The notes below the pieces were generated by a model. That model was given only the letters and a program-made list of their open reading frames with translations, had not been told where the DNA came from and did no database searches. A DNA stretch of 64,000 bases, taken from an archaeon. Its GTDB lineage: Archaea; B1Sed10-29; JAVZDC01. Shown here piece by piece: positions 8,403-17,963 of this stretch. The stretch spans positions 39,185-103,184 of the forward strand of contig JAVZDC010000002.1 of the NCBI GenBank assembly GCA_038874115.1, given 5' to 3'. The position numbers and the translations under genes are program-made. The first letter of the stretch is position 1; each line of letters begins with the position of its first letter.

Positions 8403-9614
8403 ATGCGAACTGAGACAAAAGTTTTAATTTTGTTTTTAATTTTATTTTTATCTATAGGCCCAATTTCATATTTTTTTGGAACTTCCAAGGAATTTATACC
8501 AAACTTTGGGAACGAAACGAGTGAAACAATACAAGAAACTGTTGTTCTTTTATCAGGAGTTGTTGAATCCGTGGATCCAAGTTTCATAATTCATGCTGAA
8601 AAAGAAGACAATAAGGATTCAGAAGTAAGACAAATTTTAAAAGAATTTCCAAACACCAATTTAACCGTCACGCTGAGTCAAACTAAAAGCCAATATTCTT
8701 TCGATATTTATGTTTCAAACGTTTCAGACTCTTATGAACGTATAAAACAAGGTTTTCTCTTAAGACAAAAGTTGGCCCCATTTTTCCGAGAATATATTTC
8801 TTATTCAGCCGGAGTTGTATCAGTCAGCCAAGGAATTTATCATGATAATTCAGGTAAAAATTATTCTTTAAATACCAATGTTACGTTAAAAGCGATTTTA
8901 GCTTATTTTCAAGAAAAAGATAATAAAATTCAACTTTTATGCCGTGCAAAAGTTTCAAAAGGGACGATAGTTGGAATTTCTAGTTGTTATGATGCAACAT
9001 CTGAGAATAAATACGGTTTAGATGAAAAAACTTTTTCAAAGTACTCCACTAAGCTTAGTGGAAAGATAAGTTGCGAAGGAAACTTCACAATGGGCGAGAT
9101 TTCCTTTTCTTCCTCCACTGGGAAATATTCAAAAGAGTTTTTAGAAAACTTAACCAAAGGAGAAGTCCATATCTCTACGGACCCTGCTTTTGAAATGAAG
9201 GGACTGTATAATTTGACAATCTTCGGGATGAAACTTGGCTTGGATGAATTTAATAATGTTACTTTAGTACCATTAATAAAAGATTACCAAACAACGATAA
9301 AAGAGATTGAAAAACAACTTGGCTTTATTCCCGAGCATAAAGTTCCTTCGGATCGTGTTTCAATCCTCTTTAAAAATGAAAGCTTAATTCCAAAAGCAAA
9401 AGAAGACCTTGAAAAACTAAACGTTTCCATAAACGGAGGTAAGCAATATTTGATTAAATGTCCAAAAGAATTGGAAATTCAAAACAAGACATATGAAAAC
9501 TTGGTCGAAATGTTTACAGGTGTTTTGCCTTTAAATAGTTCTTTAAAAATGCCTGCAAATGCAGAAGTTGTCTTGCTTTTCGACAAAATCGTATCAATCT
9601 CCTTGAAGTCTTAA
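8403..9614 (+). CDS. N-terminally anchored/secreted sequon-rich protein, function unknown
   Basis: 403-aa ORF with signal-anchor VLILFLILFLSIGPISYFF. I count 13 N-x-S/T sequons by hand. No known motif. Confidence 0.6.
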   Translation: MRTETKVLILFLILFLSIGPISYFFGTSKEFIPNFGNETSETIQETVVLLSGVVESVDPSFIIHAEKEDNKDSEVRQILKEFPNTNLTVTLSQTKSQYSFDIYVSNVSDSYERIKQGFLLRQKLAPFFREYISYSAGVVSVSQGIYHDNSGKNYSLNTNVTLKAILAYFQEKDNKIQLLCRAKVSKGTIVGISSCYDATSENKYGLDEKTFSKYSTKLSGKISCEGNFTMGEISFSSSTGKYSKEFLENLTKGEVHISTDPAFEMKGLYNLTIFGMKLGLDEFNNVTLVPLIKDYQTTIKEIEKQLGFIPEHKVPSDRVSILFKNESLIPKAKEDLEKLNVSINGGKQYLIKCPKELEIQNKTYENLVEMFTGVLPLNSSLKMPANAEVVLLFDKIVSISLKS

Positions 9615-9902
9615 TATGGCTTTAGCTAAATCTTTTTCTTCTAAAAGAACTTTTTTTGCTTCTTCAAAACTTTTGCCTGTTTTTTCAGCAACCATTTTTA
9701 TATCTTCCTCACTAAACTCATTTTCCTCAACAACCCCTGTTATTTGAAAGCTTTTTTCTCCCTGGAATTCAATTTCCAGGATTCGAGGGTTCTTTATTAA
9801 TATTTCTTTTTCTCCTTTTATTATAACTTCTCTGGCCGAAATTTCTTTCGTTTTTACCCCCATCTTTCTCATCATTGCAGCCATATTCCGCATATCGAAC
9901 AT
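9594..9902 (-). CDS. nac: nascent polypeptide-associated complex protein (archaeal NAC)
   Basis: NAC domain (MMRKMGVKTKEISAREVII..ILEIEFQGEKSFQITG) plus a C-terminal UBA-like tail (EEDIKMVAEKTGKSFEEAKKVL). ATG 9902 preferred over track GTG 9911. Confidence 0.85.
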   Translation of the reverse strand: MFDMRNMAAMMRKMGVKTKEISAREVIIKGEKEILIKNPRILEIEFQGEKSFQITGVVEENEFSEEDIKMVAEKTGKSFEEAKKVLLEEKDLAKAILRLQGD

Positions 9903-9947
9903 ATCAATCACAATGTTTTTAATGTTTGGATAAAATATAAATATATT

Positions 9948-10505
9948 ATGTCTGTCGATACGGAGAAAATCATTTCAGAATATTTAGCAATCGGAGGAAT
10001 AATAAAAAGGTCGGATTCAGGAGAGATAATATACCCGACTCGCCGAAGGTTACAATCGCAAATAAATTTGTTGACTAAAAAAGCATCTTACTTCGATTCC
10101 CAGATAAGGTTTTACGAGAAAAAGAAAAAAGAAATTCGAGGATCTTCTATTGTAAGGATCGTTTCCTCCAAATTAGACCTTATTTATTGGAAGCATATTT
10201 TTAAGTTAAATTTCGATAAAGATTATCGAGCCGCGTATGAAGAACTAAAACCCCCGATCGATAAACTTTCAGACCCGCAAATTAAAAAAATCATGTCCTA
10301 TTTCATAAATAATAAAGAATACCGCGATCGGCTTTTAGAAGCAAAACAAACGTTAAATAGAGATTCGCTATCTGAGGAGTTTCAGGCGATTTTTGAAGAT
10401 AAATTAACTTTCATCGAAAATAATATTAAAAGGTTGGAATCGGAAAAAAACAAGCTCTTAACCAAAATAAAAATTCTTGAAAAAATGTTAAACCTGGTTC
10501 CTTAG
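9948..10505 (+). CDS. hypothetical coiled-coil protein
   Basis: 185-aa K/E/L-rich ORF with no recognisable motif; converges on cdc6 with a 4-nt overlap. Confidence 0.5.
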   Translation: MSVDTEKIISEYLAIGGIIKRSDSGEIIYPTRRRLQSQINLLTKKASYFDSQIRFYEKKKKEIRGSSIVRIVSSKLDLIYWKHIFKLNFDKDYRAAYEELKPPIDKLSDPQIKKIMSYFINNKEYRDRLLEAKQTLNRDSLSEEFQAIFEDKLTFIENNIKRLESEKNKLLTKIKILEKMLNLVP

Positions 10506-11716
10506 TTTAGTTTAAGAGATTTTTCTAAAACTTCTTTCACTTTATCTGCAGGAAAAGACAATCTTATCAAAGTTGTATTTCCTTTAATCCCTTTTCCAGA
10601 CAATGTTGTTGTTATGAGACCAAGCATATCCAATTCATTTAAATATTGCCTGCACCATCTCGCAGTTCTCGGATCTTCCCCCATCTTTTTGCAAATTTTT
10701 TCATACTCTTCATAAACTTCCCCAGAGAAAACAATCGTTTTATCTACTATACCGTCCAATCTATGGTAATGGCTTGGATCCAAGGTCAAACAAGCAATCG
10801 CATATAGTACTAATTTTTGATGGTCAGGCAAGTTTAATATTAAATCATAAACAATTTCTTTTTCTACTCCTAATCTTGCTTCTCTTACTTCTCGGTCAGT
10901 AACTTTTTCTCGATTATGTTCATCAGCCAACTCCCCTGCTTTTATTATTAGCTTTAAAGCATATCTCGCATCTCCAGACTCTTGAGCAGCAAAAGCAGCA
11001 GCTAAGCTTATTGCAGATTCATCTATTTTTCCTTTTTTAAAACCAATTTCGGCCCTGTTCTTTAAAATATCCCTTAATTGTTCTGCATTATATGGCGGAA
11101 ATATTATCTCTTCTTCACACAAAGTCGATTTACTCCTCGGGTCAAGTTGTTGTTTCAATGCAATATTGTTTGTGATTCCTATTATTGAAATGCTTCCGCG
11201 TTTTAGTTCATCGTTTGCTCTTGTTAAAGCGTATAGTAGATCATCTATATTTTTCACTTTATCTATTTCGTCCAAAACAATTATCAAGTTTGATTCTTTA
11301 TCTTCAACGTACTTCAGCAATCTAGAAAATAGATGAGAAAAAGGGTAGCCCTCGAATTTTTCGTTTGGATAGCAGTATTCAACACATTTTAATAGAACTT
11401 GATATTTCGTGTCTTGAATATTGCAGTTTACATATATCGCGTCAATAATCGCATTATATTTGTCTTTTACAGTAAGTAGTTTTTCGATAATATGTTTAGT
11501 TACGCATGTTTTTCCGCTCCCTACTTTACCATACATGAAGATGTTGTTTGGCTTTTTTTTCTCCAACGCAGGAGATAACATTTTCATTATTTTATTGATT
11601 TGTTCTTCTCTATGCGGAAGAACTGCTGGAATATAGTGCGGGGAAAGTACATTTTTGTCCGCAAAAACAGTTGGTTTATTAATTTCCCTTTCAAACAAGT
11701 CTTCCATATATATCAT
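10502..11716 (-). CDS. cdc6: Orc1/Cdc6 replication initiator
   Basis: LSPHYIPAVLPHREEQI..., Walker A GKVGSGKT, Walker B IIVLDEID and a C-terminal winged helix. Confidence 0.9.
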   Translation of the reverse strand: MIYMEDLFEREINKPTVFADKNVLSPHYIPAVLPHREEQINKIMKMLSPALEKKKPNNIFMYGKVGSGKTCVTKHIIEKLLTVKDKYNAIIDAIYVNCNIQDTKYQVLLKCVEYCYPNEKFEGYPFSHLFSRLLKYVEDKESNLIIVLDEIDKVKNIDDLLYALTRANDELKRGSISIIGITNNIALKQQLDPRSKSTLCEEEIIFPPYNAEQLRDILKNRAEIGFKKGKIDESAISLAAAFAAQESGDARYALKLIIKAGELADEHNREKVTDREVREARLGVEKEIVYDLILNLPDHQKLVLYAIACLTLDPSHYHRLDGIVDKTIVFSGEVYEEYEKICKKMGEDPRTARWCRQYLNELDMLGLITTTLSGKGIKGNTTLIRLSFPADKVKEVLEKSLKLN

Positions 11717-11787
11717 TTAAATATACCAATGTCCTATTAATATATAATTTTAGTTAAACTTTAATATAAACTTAAAGGAGGATGGAT

Positions 11788-12135
11788 ATGGCAGGGGTAT
11801 TTTCAAAAATCTTTAAGAGCAAAAGCGAAGAAAATGTAGAAGATATTTTAAATATTCTTGGTTCAGAGGAAATGTTTGCCGAACAGGCAGACATGTGGGT
11901 AAAGTCAATGGTACTAGATGATGTAACGAATGTAGAACAAATTGCTCAAGAACTTAGACAGGGAAACGAAGTAATTTTAAATATCGAGCCACTGTCCAAA
12001 AAGAATGCAATAAAATTAAGACAAGCAATTGCTGAACTGAAAAGCGTGATCCAAGAAATAAATGGAGACATTGCAAGAATATCTGAACAAAAGATTTTGT
12101 TAACCCCTTCGGGAGTAAAGATTGCTCGAAAGTAA
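11788..12135 (+). CDS. sepF: archaeal SepF-like cell-division protein (FtsZ membrane anchor)
   Basis: N-terminal amphipathic MAGVFSKIFKSK and a C-terminal SepF core (GNEVILNIEPLS...INGDIARISEQKILLTPSGVKIARK). The AAGGAGG SD abuts ATG 11782, so ATG 11788 is the better-spaced start. Confidence 0.8.
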   Translation: MAGVFSKIFKSKSEENVEDILNILGSEEMFAEQADMWVKSMVLDDVTNVEQIAQELRQGNEVILNIEPLSKKNAIKLRQAIAELKSVIQEINGDIARISEQKILLTPSGVKIARK

Positions 12136-12147
12136 ATTTAGAGTTTT

Positions 12148-12924
12148 ATGATTTTGGACGCACCGGCAGCAGTACTTTCAATTAGGATGGATGATGTACT
12201 CGATCTACTCGAGGAGACTTTGAAAGAAAGAAATTGGAAAGACTTCGAGATGATCGATGTAAAACTATCATATTACCCGCTATACTTGTTCAATTTCGAC
12301 GTTTTAATCGAGCAAAAGGTTCAAGATCAAGTTTTCTCTCAAGGAGTTTCTGGAACTATAGCTTTAAATGCAGCCACCGGGGAGCTTTCAGAAGAGATTA
12401 TTGATCTTTTAGAAAAAAGGCCTGTAGATTTCGAGAGAGACATAAAAAGCCATGAAATGAAGTACGAGGTAAAGCAAGCAATGTTCTCAAAAGAAGAAGC
12501 GAAAGAGTCGTGCAAACTTAAACTTGCTTCAAAATACGGCATTGGAAAAGACAACGTTTCTATCTCGGGTTTTAGACAAATTTATTGGCCTTTTTGGGTG
12601 GTTTTCATATCCTTACCCAAGAAAGGTACTTTTAAACTTTTAATCGATGGAGTAGGTGGATCTCCTTTTGGAATAGCACAAGTTCCAGAAAGAGAAAAAG
12701 GTTGGTTGGAGATTACACAAGAAACTTTTGAAAAATTGAAAACTCCAAGCGGCTGGGCAGAACTTTCAAAACAAGCAATTTCAACCGGAGCTGGAGTTTT
12801 AACATCTCAAATTACCAAAAAAGAATCAAAATCTTTATTAGAATGGTTTTTCAAAACAAAAACAGGGAATTATGTTTTATTCTTAATCTTGCTCTTGGTT
12901 TTAATCTTAATATTTATAAAATAA
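12148..12924 (+). CDS. tail-anchored membrane protein, function unknown
   Basis: 258-aa ORF 12 nt after sepF. Two similar modules (SYYPLYLFNFDV..NAATGEL and IYWPFWVVFISL..LIDGVGGSP). C-terminal TM YVLFLILLLVLILIFI. Confidence 0.6.
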   Translation: MILDAPAAVLSIRMDDVLDLLEETLKERNWKDFEMIDVKLSYYPLYLFNFDVLIEQKVQDQVFSQGVSGTIALNAATGELSEEIIDLLEKRPVDFERDIKSHEMKYEVKQAMFSKEEAKESCKLKLASKYGIGKDNVSISGFRQIYWPFWVVFISLPKKGTFKLLIDGVGGSPFGIAQVPEREKGWLEITQETFEKLKTPSGWAELSKQAISTGAGVLTSQITKKESKSLLEWFFKTKTGNYVLFLILLLVLILIFIK

Positions 12925-15900
12925 TTATATAAAATCAGCTAAAGATTTTTGAATTATTTTTTCTTCCTGTTTTTCTAATTCGATTTTCGTTTCTTTAAAT
13001 ACTGTGTTGAGCGTGTTTTCGATCAATTTAAGCCTTTGCTTCAAGTATTCAGATAACCCATATTTCTCTGCAATATTTTTAGAAATATCCAAATATTTTT
13101 CTATGTTCCCTTTTCCAACAGTCAAGAGAAGTTTTCCTCCACATTTTGTACACTTTTTAACTAATGGAACTCTTCGATACTTTTCATTACAATCTACGCA
13201 TCTGACTGTTTGCTCCCCAAAAGATCTTAGGTTTCCATGAATATCTTTTAGAAAGTGGAAATTAAGAATTCTTGCAGCAGCATCTTTTATATCTACTGCA
13301 ATTATTTTTTCTCCTATGCTTAGTTGCGCGTCTACTTTCTCCTCCATGGTTTTCAATTGCACATATTTCGTTACTTTTGGACCAAGGTTGATGTCTGACG
13401 AATCCATCGTAAATTTAAAACCATAATATTGTTTTTCAGTTCCAAGAAAGTCCTTCACTTTTGGAATATTCGTAATAACACTTGGGTTTACTTTTTCCCA
13501 TGTTTTTTCATAAAATTCCAAAGGATACCTTTTTCCAACATCCATGTCATGCACTTGGTCATCAACTTCTTGTGGATTCAATACGGTGGAAGCAACCATT
13601 GGAGCATCCATAGTGCCTCCTCTTTTTTGAGGTAAATACTTCCGAGAAAAGTTCAAATAAGCATCCAAAACCAAAAATATCGCATTTTCATCTCCGTCCG
13701 CATCTCTTCTTGTAGCGCAGAATAAATATGGATGAGCATAAACTCCAGAAACATCAGTAATTCCAATTATTCGACATAAAGAGGCGACAGAAATGTGCGG
13801 GGCTAACATAAAAACAAGATGCCCAATCAAGTCTTCCTCTTTCTTACAATTATAAAACTTTTCCAAACCATATATTTTTTCTAATTCTTCATCGATGAAT
13901 TTTGTACAATTCAATAAATATTTAGCTATCTTTCTTGGGATTATTATGTCTTGCGGGTAAAGTTCTAGTATTTGATCCTCATTTTCTAAACTTTTCCCAA
14001 ATATGTCTTCCATGTATCCAAGTTTCTTCAAAACATCTATAGAAACCCCTGCTTCTTTTGGTTTGAAATGAGTCAAAGGAAGATTTGTAGCATCAAATCT
14101 AACAGTCCCATCTTTGAAAACGTACAAATTATATTTCGCTCTTAAAGCTGCTTTTTCAACAGGCTCAAAATACTTTTCTTCATTTATGGTTCCCTGTACT
14201 CCTTTTATCATCCCCTGAATTGGGCCAAACTTCTCTTCACAGTATTTTGCTAATTGTTCACAATCTACAATTTTTTTGTGCCAAGGTTTTGTTTCCATAT
14301 TGCAGCAAAATTCTTGATATGTTATTTTTCCACATTTTTCACAAACTCTTCTTATTTTCGCTCTCTCCCCACATACTGGGCATCTATAAGCAAATATTTC
14401 TTTCCCACATTTTTCACAATAAGTAAATAAAGCATCCACTACAATTTTCCCTTTTTCAGCAGCTTTTTTCAAATCTCTGGTTTTTCCTCCAAATAAGCCA
14501 AGAGGAATTAAACCATGACATGGGGGAGACATTTTTCTTTCTTTCGCTTTTTCCGGTCTACCCATTCTCGCCCCAATATATGTTGGCGCTTTTTCAATTA
14601 TATTCATTCCACTAATCTTCCTTAATGCATCCAATCCAGAAGTACTTTCTTTCTCAATCTCTTCAAAATTAACTTCTCTATCCAAACCAAAAACGAAGTA
14701 AAGGCTTTCATCTTCTATTATAATTCTTCCGTCCCGGTACTTGTGAGGTATACATGCTTTTTCCAAAATTCTTTTTATTTCCTTCCCTTCTAAAACAGTT
14801 CTTTTCTCAATTTTTCCAGATAAATTTTCGTAACTTTCAAACCCAGCTTTTCTTAATGCTTTTGCTAATGTTATTACTTCATACTTATCTAAATTCTCAT
14901 AAAAATGTAAATATTTTGGGTGCAAAGGTACTCCGGATCTCGAATATTCTACTGCTTTTTCTAAAGATGGGTTTTTATCCAATTCTTTTTGCTCAGCTAT
15001 CTGCTCCCACCATTCTTCGCACATTCCACTTGGTAAAAGTTCCTGATTCGCTTTTAAAAAATCACCATAGCAAATTAAAATATCTCCTAAAAAAAGTATT
15101 TTATCGATCTCATCGCCTTGAGCATATTCCTGTGCTTTCGATACCGAATCAACTTTCACCACATCTCCATTCTTTAACAATACTATCGGAGGCTCCAAAC
15201 CATCACAAGAGACTGTTGTGCAACTTTTTCCCGGTTTTTCAATTTTTAATTGAGTTCCGATCGCAATAAACTCTTTTAAAATATACATCGCGGCAGGATG
15301 GATTGCTTTGGCATTAATCCCAGTATTTCTCGCCCTGCCATATCTCAATCTGAATCCTCCTACTTTTCCAGAGTAACAAAATATTGGTCTACCACCTACA
15401 ATTTCATTTAAATATTTTGCACTCGAGTCATCACTTTTTTCTTGAGTTTGAGAGTCCACCTTTGGCATTTTTATTAATCCTTCCAACCAAGACCAATCGA
15501 TCCCATTTTCCTTCGTAAACTTCAACATTTTTTTAGCTTTCAGTCCAATACCTTCAGTAATTACTAGCCCCATTCCGCCTCTAATCCGATTTGTTTCAAC
15601 CCTTTCTAAGTTTTTATAAATCGAAACTTCTACATTCTCGGTTCCATCCCCATCTATGCATACTGCGCAATTTCTAACAACATGTCTGATTTCATTTTCA
15701 CTCATTTTATATTGTCTTGCATAAAGTAAGCTTTGATAAATTTGAATTTCTTCAACATATCTTTCAACCTCAGAATCTGTTGGTATATATCTTCCAAGAC
15801 CCAATTTTTGTCTTACATAATCAGCTAAGGCGACACATTGAGCAGCGCCAGTTCCTCCTGCAGATCTTATTGGACCTGCGAAATAAATTGCCAAATATTC

Positions 15901-16287
15901 AGAACCATCTTTGTTTTTCAAAATCCGAACTTTGGAAATACCTTCAGTCCCAGCTACTGTTACAGCCTCAGTTAATATGGTTATTCCTGTTCTTATTGCT
16001 TGTTCAGCCAATTTTTCCCTATCTCCTTTAATAAATCTACCTTCAAGTATCTCATCTATTATTTTAAAAGCAGCTTTTACTCTCGGCATGGAACTACAAA
16101 GTTCTCTTAGCCTTTCCGCAACTCCTGGAGGGCCAACCAAACTTTCTACTCTTTCAGCAAGATCTTTTGCTCTTCTTACTTCTACGTTTTCTGAAGCATC
16201 AAAACCTTTAGATCTTGCTTTTTCGGCAATTTCAAAAAGTTCGTCGTTCTTCTTCAAAAGAATTTCAGAATATTCTTGAAATTTCAT
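12925..16287 (-). CDS. polC: DNA polymerase II (PolD) large subunit DP2
   Basis: 1120 aa with typical DP2 N-terminus, Cys clusters (CEKCGKEIFAYRCPVCG; CVDCNEKYRRVPLVKKCTKCGG) and an ATGA overlap with DP1. Length argues against an intein. Confidence 0.95.
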   Translation of the reverse strand: MKFQEYSEILLKKNDELFEIAEKARSKGFDASENVEVRRAKDLAERVESLVGPPGVAERLRELCSSMPRVKAAFKIIDEILEGRFIKGDREKLAEQAIRTGITILTEAVTVAGTEGISKVRILKNKDGSEYLAIYFAGPIRSAGGTGAAQCVALADYVRQKLGLGRYIPTDSEVERYVEEIQIYQSLLYARQYKMSENEIRHVVRNCAVCIDGDGTENVEVSIYKNLERVETNRIRGGMGLVITEGIGLKAKKMLKFTKENGIDWSWLEGLIKMPKVDSQTQEKSDDSSAKYLNEIVGGRPIFCYSGKVGGFRLRYGRARNTGINAKAIHPAAMYILKEFIAIGTQLKIEKPGKSCTTVSCDGLEPPIVLLKNGDVVKVDSVSKAQEYAQGDEIDKILFLGDILICYGDFLKANQELLPSGMCEEWWEQIAEQKELDKNPSLEKAVEYSRSGVPLHPKYLHFYENLDKYEVITLAKALRKAGFESYENLSGKIEKRTVLEGKEIKRILEKACIPHKYRDGRIIIEDESLYFVFGLDREVNFEEIEKESTSGLDALRKISGMNIIEKAPTYIGARMGRPEKAKERKMSPPCHGLIPLGLFGGKTRDLKKAAEKGKIVVDALFTYCEKCGKEIFAYRCPVCGERAKIRRVCEKCGKITYQEFCCNMETKPWHKKIVDCEQLAKYCEEKFGPIQGMIKGVQGTINEEKYFEPVEKAALRAKYNLYVFKDGTVRFDATNLPLTHFKPKEAGVSIDVLKKLGYMEDIFGKSLENEDQILELYPQDIIIPRKIAKYLLNCTKFIDEELEKIYGLEKFYNCKKEEDLIGHLVFMLAPHISVASLCRIIGITDVSGVYAHPYLFCATRRDADGDENAIFLVLDAYLNFSRKYLPQKRGGTMDAPMVASTVLNPQEVDDQVHDMDVGKRYPLEFYEKTWEKVNPSVITNIPKVKDFLGTEKQYYGFKFTMDSSDINLGPKVTKYVQLKTMEEKVDAQLSIGEKIIAVDIKDAAARILNFHFLKDIHGNLRSFGEQTVRCVDCNEKYRRVPLVKKCTKCGGKLLLTVGKGNIEKYLDISKNIAEKYGLSEYLKQRLKLIENTLNTVFKETKIELEKQEEKIIQKSLADFI

Positions 16288-17702
16288 ATTGCTTCCCTAA
16301 AATTTTTCGTGTTTAATTTTCCCGTATTTAATTCAAGCCAAGTAAATACTCCAGGAGTTGGCGTATGACCTTGACTAATCTGATAAGGTGTAATATCTTG
16401 CCAAGTACCAGAATTTATGCAATAAATTCCTTTATATCTTTCAAAACCAACGCGGTGAATGTGTCCAGAAACAAATATGTCGGGTTCATTTTTTATTACC
16501 CCATAATCTTCTTTTGTTGGAAATATCGGTTTTTTTCCAAAACTTCCGAAAAGTCGCCTCCTTTTTAGCATCTCGACCATAGGTTTTGTAGCATTTAGAT
16601 AGTCCAGCCCAGGACAATCGCTAATGTAGGTATCTATGCTTGTGCCATGATACATCAAAATTTTAAAACCTTCAACTTCTAGAAAAGCAGGACTTCCGAC
16701 AAAATGAATATTCGAATAACCTTTAATTTCTTCAATAACCTCCGGCGGAAGTTTTTCTTGAGGATCCGCAATTCCACCTACGTCGTGATTCCCTGGACCT
16801 ATGATAATTTGGATTGTTTCGGGTATATCCAATATATACTTCCAAAGAGTGGAATATTGTTCATAAATGTCTGCAATTTCTAATTCATCTTCTTGTTTTG
16901 GATAAATCCCAATTCCATCTACCAAATCTCCAGCGATCACTAAATATTTAATGTTTTTCGCATCCTCCTCTTTTTTTATCCATTCGAGAAAGGCTCGAAA
17001 CTCATCTTTTAAAAATAATGAACTTCCAACATGCAAATCAGAAAGAAACCCAATGGCTAAATTCTCCTGGATCCTTTTAAAATCCTTTACCTTTACATCC
17101 GGAAAATAAATTTTATTTGCTATGAATAAATCTCCTGAATATTTTCCTGAAAAACACAAAACATCATCCAATAATATTTTTTCTCCCAAACGAATAAGTT
17201 CTTGATTTGTTTTTGAGATTAATACGTTTATACTTCCACTTGGGTCCTCTACTTTAATTATTATGTGCCCATTTTTCGTAACATTTTTTTCACTTACCAT
17301 CCCCACTATATTACACTCTGTATTTTTCATGTTTTTCAATACGCCAATTTTAATAATGGAATTGAGTCTTCCTCTAAAAATTTCATATATTTTCATGTAC
17401 CTATCTTCAAAGTAGCCGTAAAAATCTTCAATTTTTCCAGTCCTACCAGAGTTATCTACATCTTTTATTATTTTGACTTTAGGTGAATATTCTTTTTTAA
17501 TATCTTCCGAACTTTTCCTAAATACTTTGACTTTTTCAAAAGTTTTTTCTAAATCTTCTTTATCAATCATTAATTTATCTATTTTTGGAGCGATAATGTC
17601 CAGATGCGTTTTCCAATCTTCCAAAGTTTCCAAATAATCCACTGCACTTTGCGTCAATATTTTGTTTTTTTCTTTTGCATAGGAAATTATTTCTTGTTTC
17701 AT
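16284..17702 (-). CDS. polB: DNA polymerase II (PolD) small subunit DP1
   Basis: OB-fold plus calcineurin/Mre11-like phosphoesterase motifs (LSDLHVGS, GDLVDGIGIYP, GNHD, SGHIH). Confidence 0.9.
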   Translation of the reverse strand: MKQEIISYAKEKNKILTQSAVDYLETLEDWKTHLDIIAPKIDKLMIDKEDLEKTFEKVKVFRKSSEDIKKEYSPKVKIIKDVDNSGRTGKIEDFYGYFEDRYMKIYEIFRGRLNSIIKIGVLKNMKNTECNIVGMVSEKNVTKNGHIIIKVEDPSGSINVLISKTNQELIRLGEKILLDDVLCFSGKYSGDLFIANKIYFPDVKVKDFKRIQENLAIGFLSDLHVGSSLFLKDEFRAFLEWIKKEEDAKNIKYLVIAGDLVDGIGIYPKQEDELEIADIYEQYSTLWKYILDIPETIQIIIGPGNHDVGGIADPQEKLPPEVIEEIKGYSNIHFVGSPAFLEVEGFKILMYHGTSIDTYISDCPGLDYLNATKPMVEMLKRRRLFGSFGKKPIFPTKEDYGVIKNEPDIFVSGHIHRVGFERYKGIYCINSGTWQDITPYQISQGHTPTPGVFTWLELNTGKLNTKNFREAI

Positions 17703-17959
17703 TGTTTCTTCACCGATTTTTCTTCTCTGATCTTTTCTAACTCAGATATTATGGACCAGATTTCGGTTCTGATATGAGATGCAAGGTTTACATTCTCGCA
17801 AGCTTCTTCTAAGAGATATATAGAGTCTGTTATTTCTACCTCTCCACCAGTCTTTATTTTTTCTTTCACAATGCCGAACGTCTCACGAACTTTTCTCGGA
17901 ACTCCTTCCCCGATCAAACTATCTATATAATCAATTATTTCCTGAATTTTTGGATCCAT
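17699..17959 (-). CDS. UPF0147 family protein
   Basis: VPRKVRE...LEEACENVNLASHIRTEIWSIISELE matches the UPF0147 signature (..RT.IW..S.LE). ATG 17959 follows GGGTGA, where TGA is the stop of the upstream GTPase. Confidence 0.7.
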   Translation of the reverse strand: MDPKIQEIIDYIDSLIGEGVPRKVRETFGIVKEKIKTGGEVEITDSIYLLEEACENVNLASHIRTEIWSIISELEKIREEKSVKKQ

Positions 17960-17963
17960 GCCA

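Noticed and set aside
11717-11781. Replication origin expected next to orc1/cdc6.
   Set aside because: The cdc6-sepF spacer is only 65 nt and holds promoter-like AT-rich sequence and the sepF SD. I see no repeated ORB or mini-ORB-like elements or a long unwinding region. The other side of cdc6 overlaps a convergent gene. No origin can be supported from this window.
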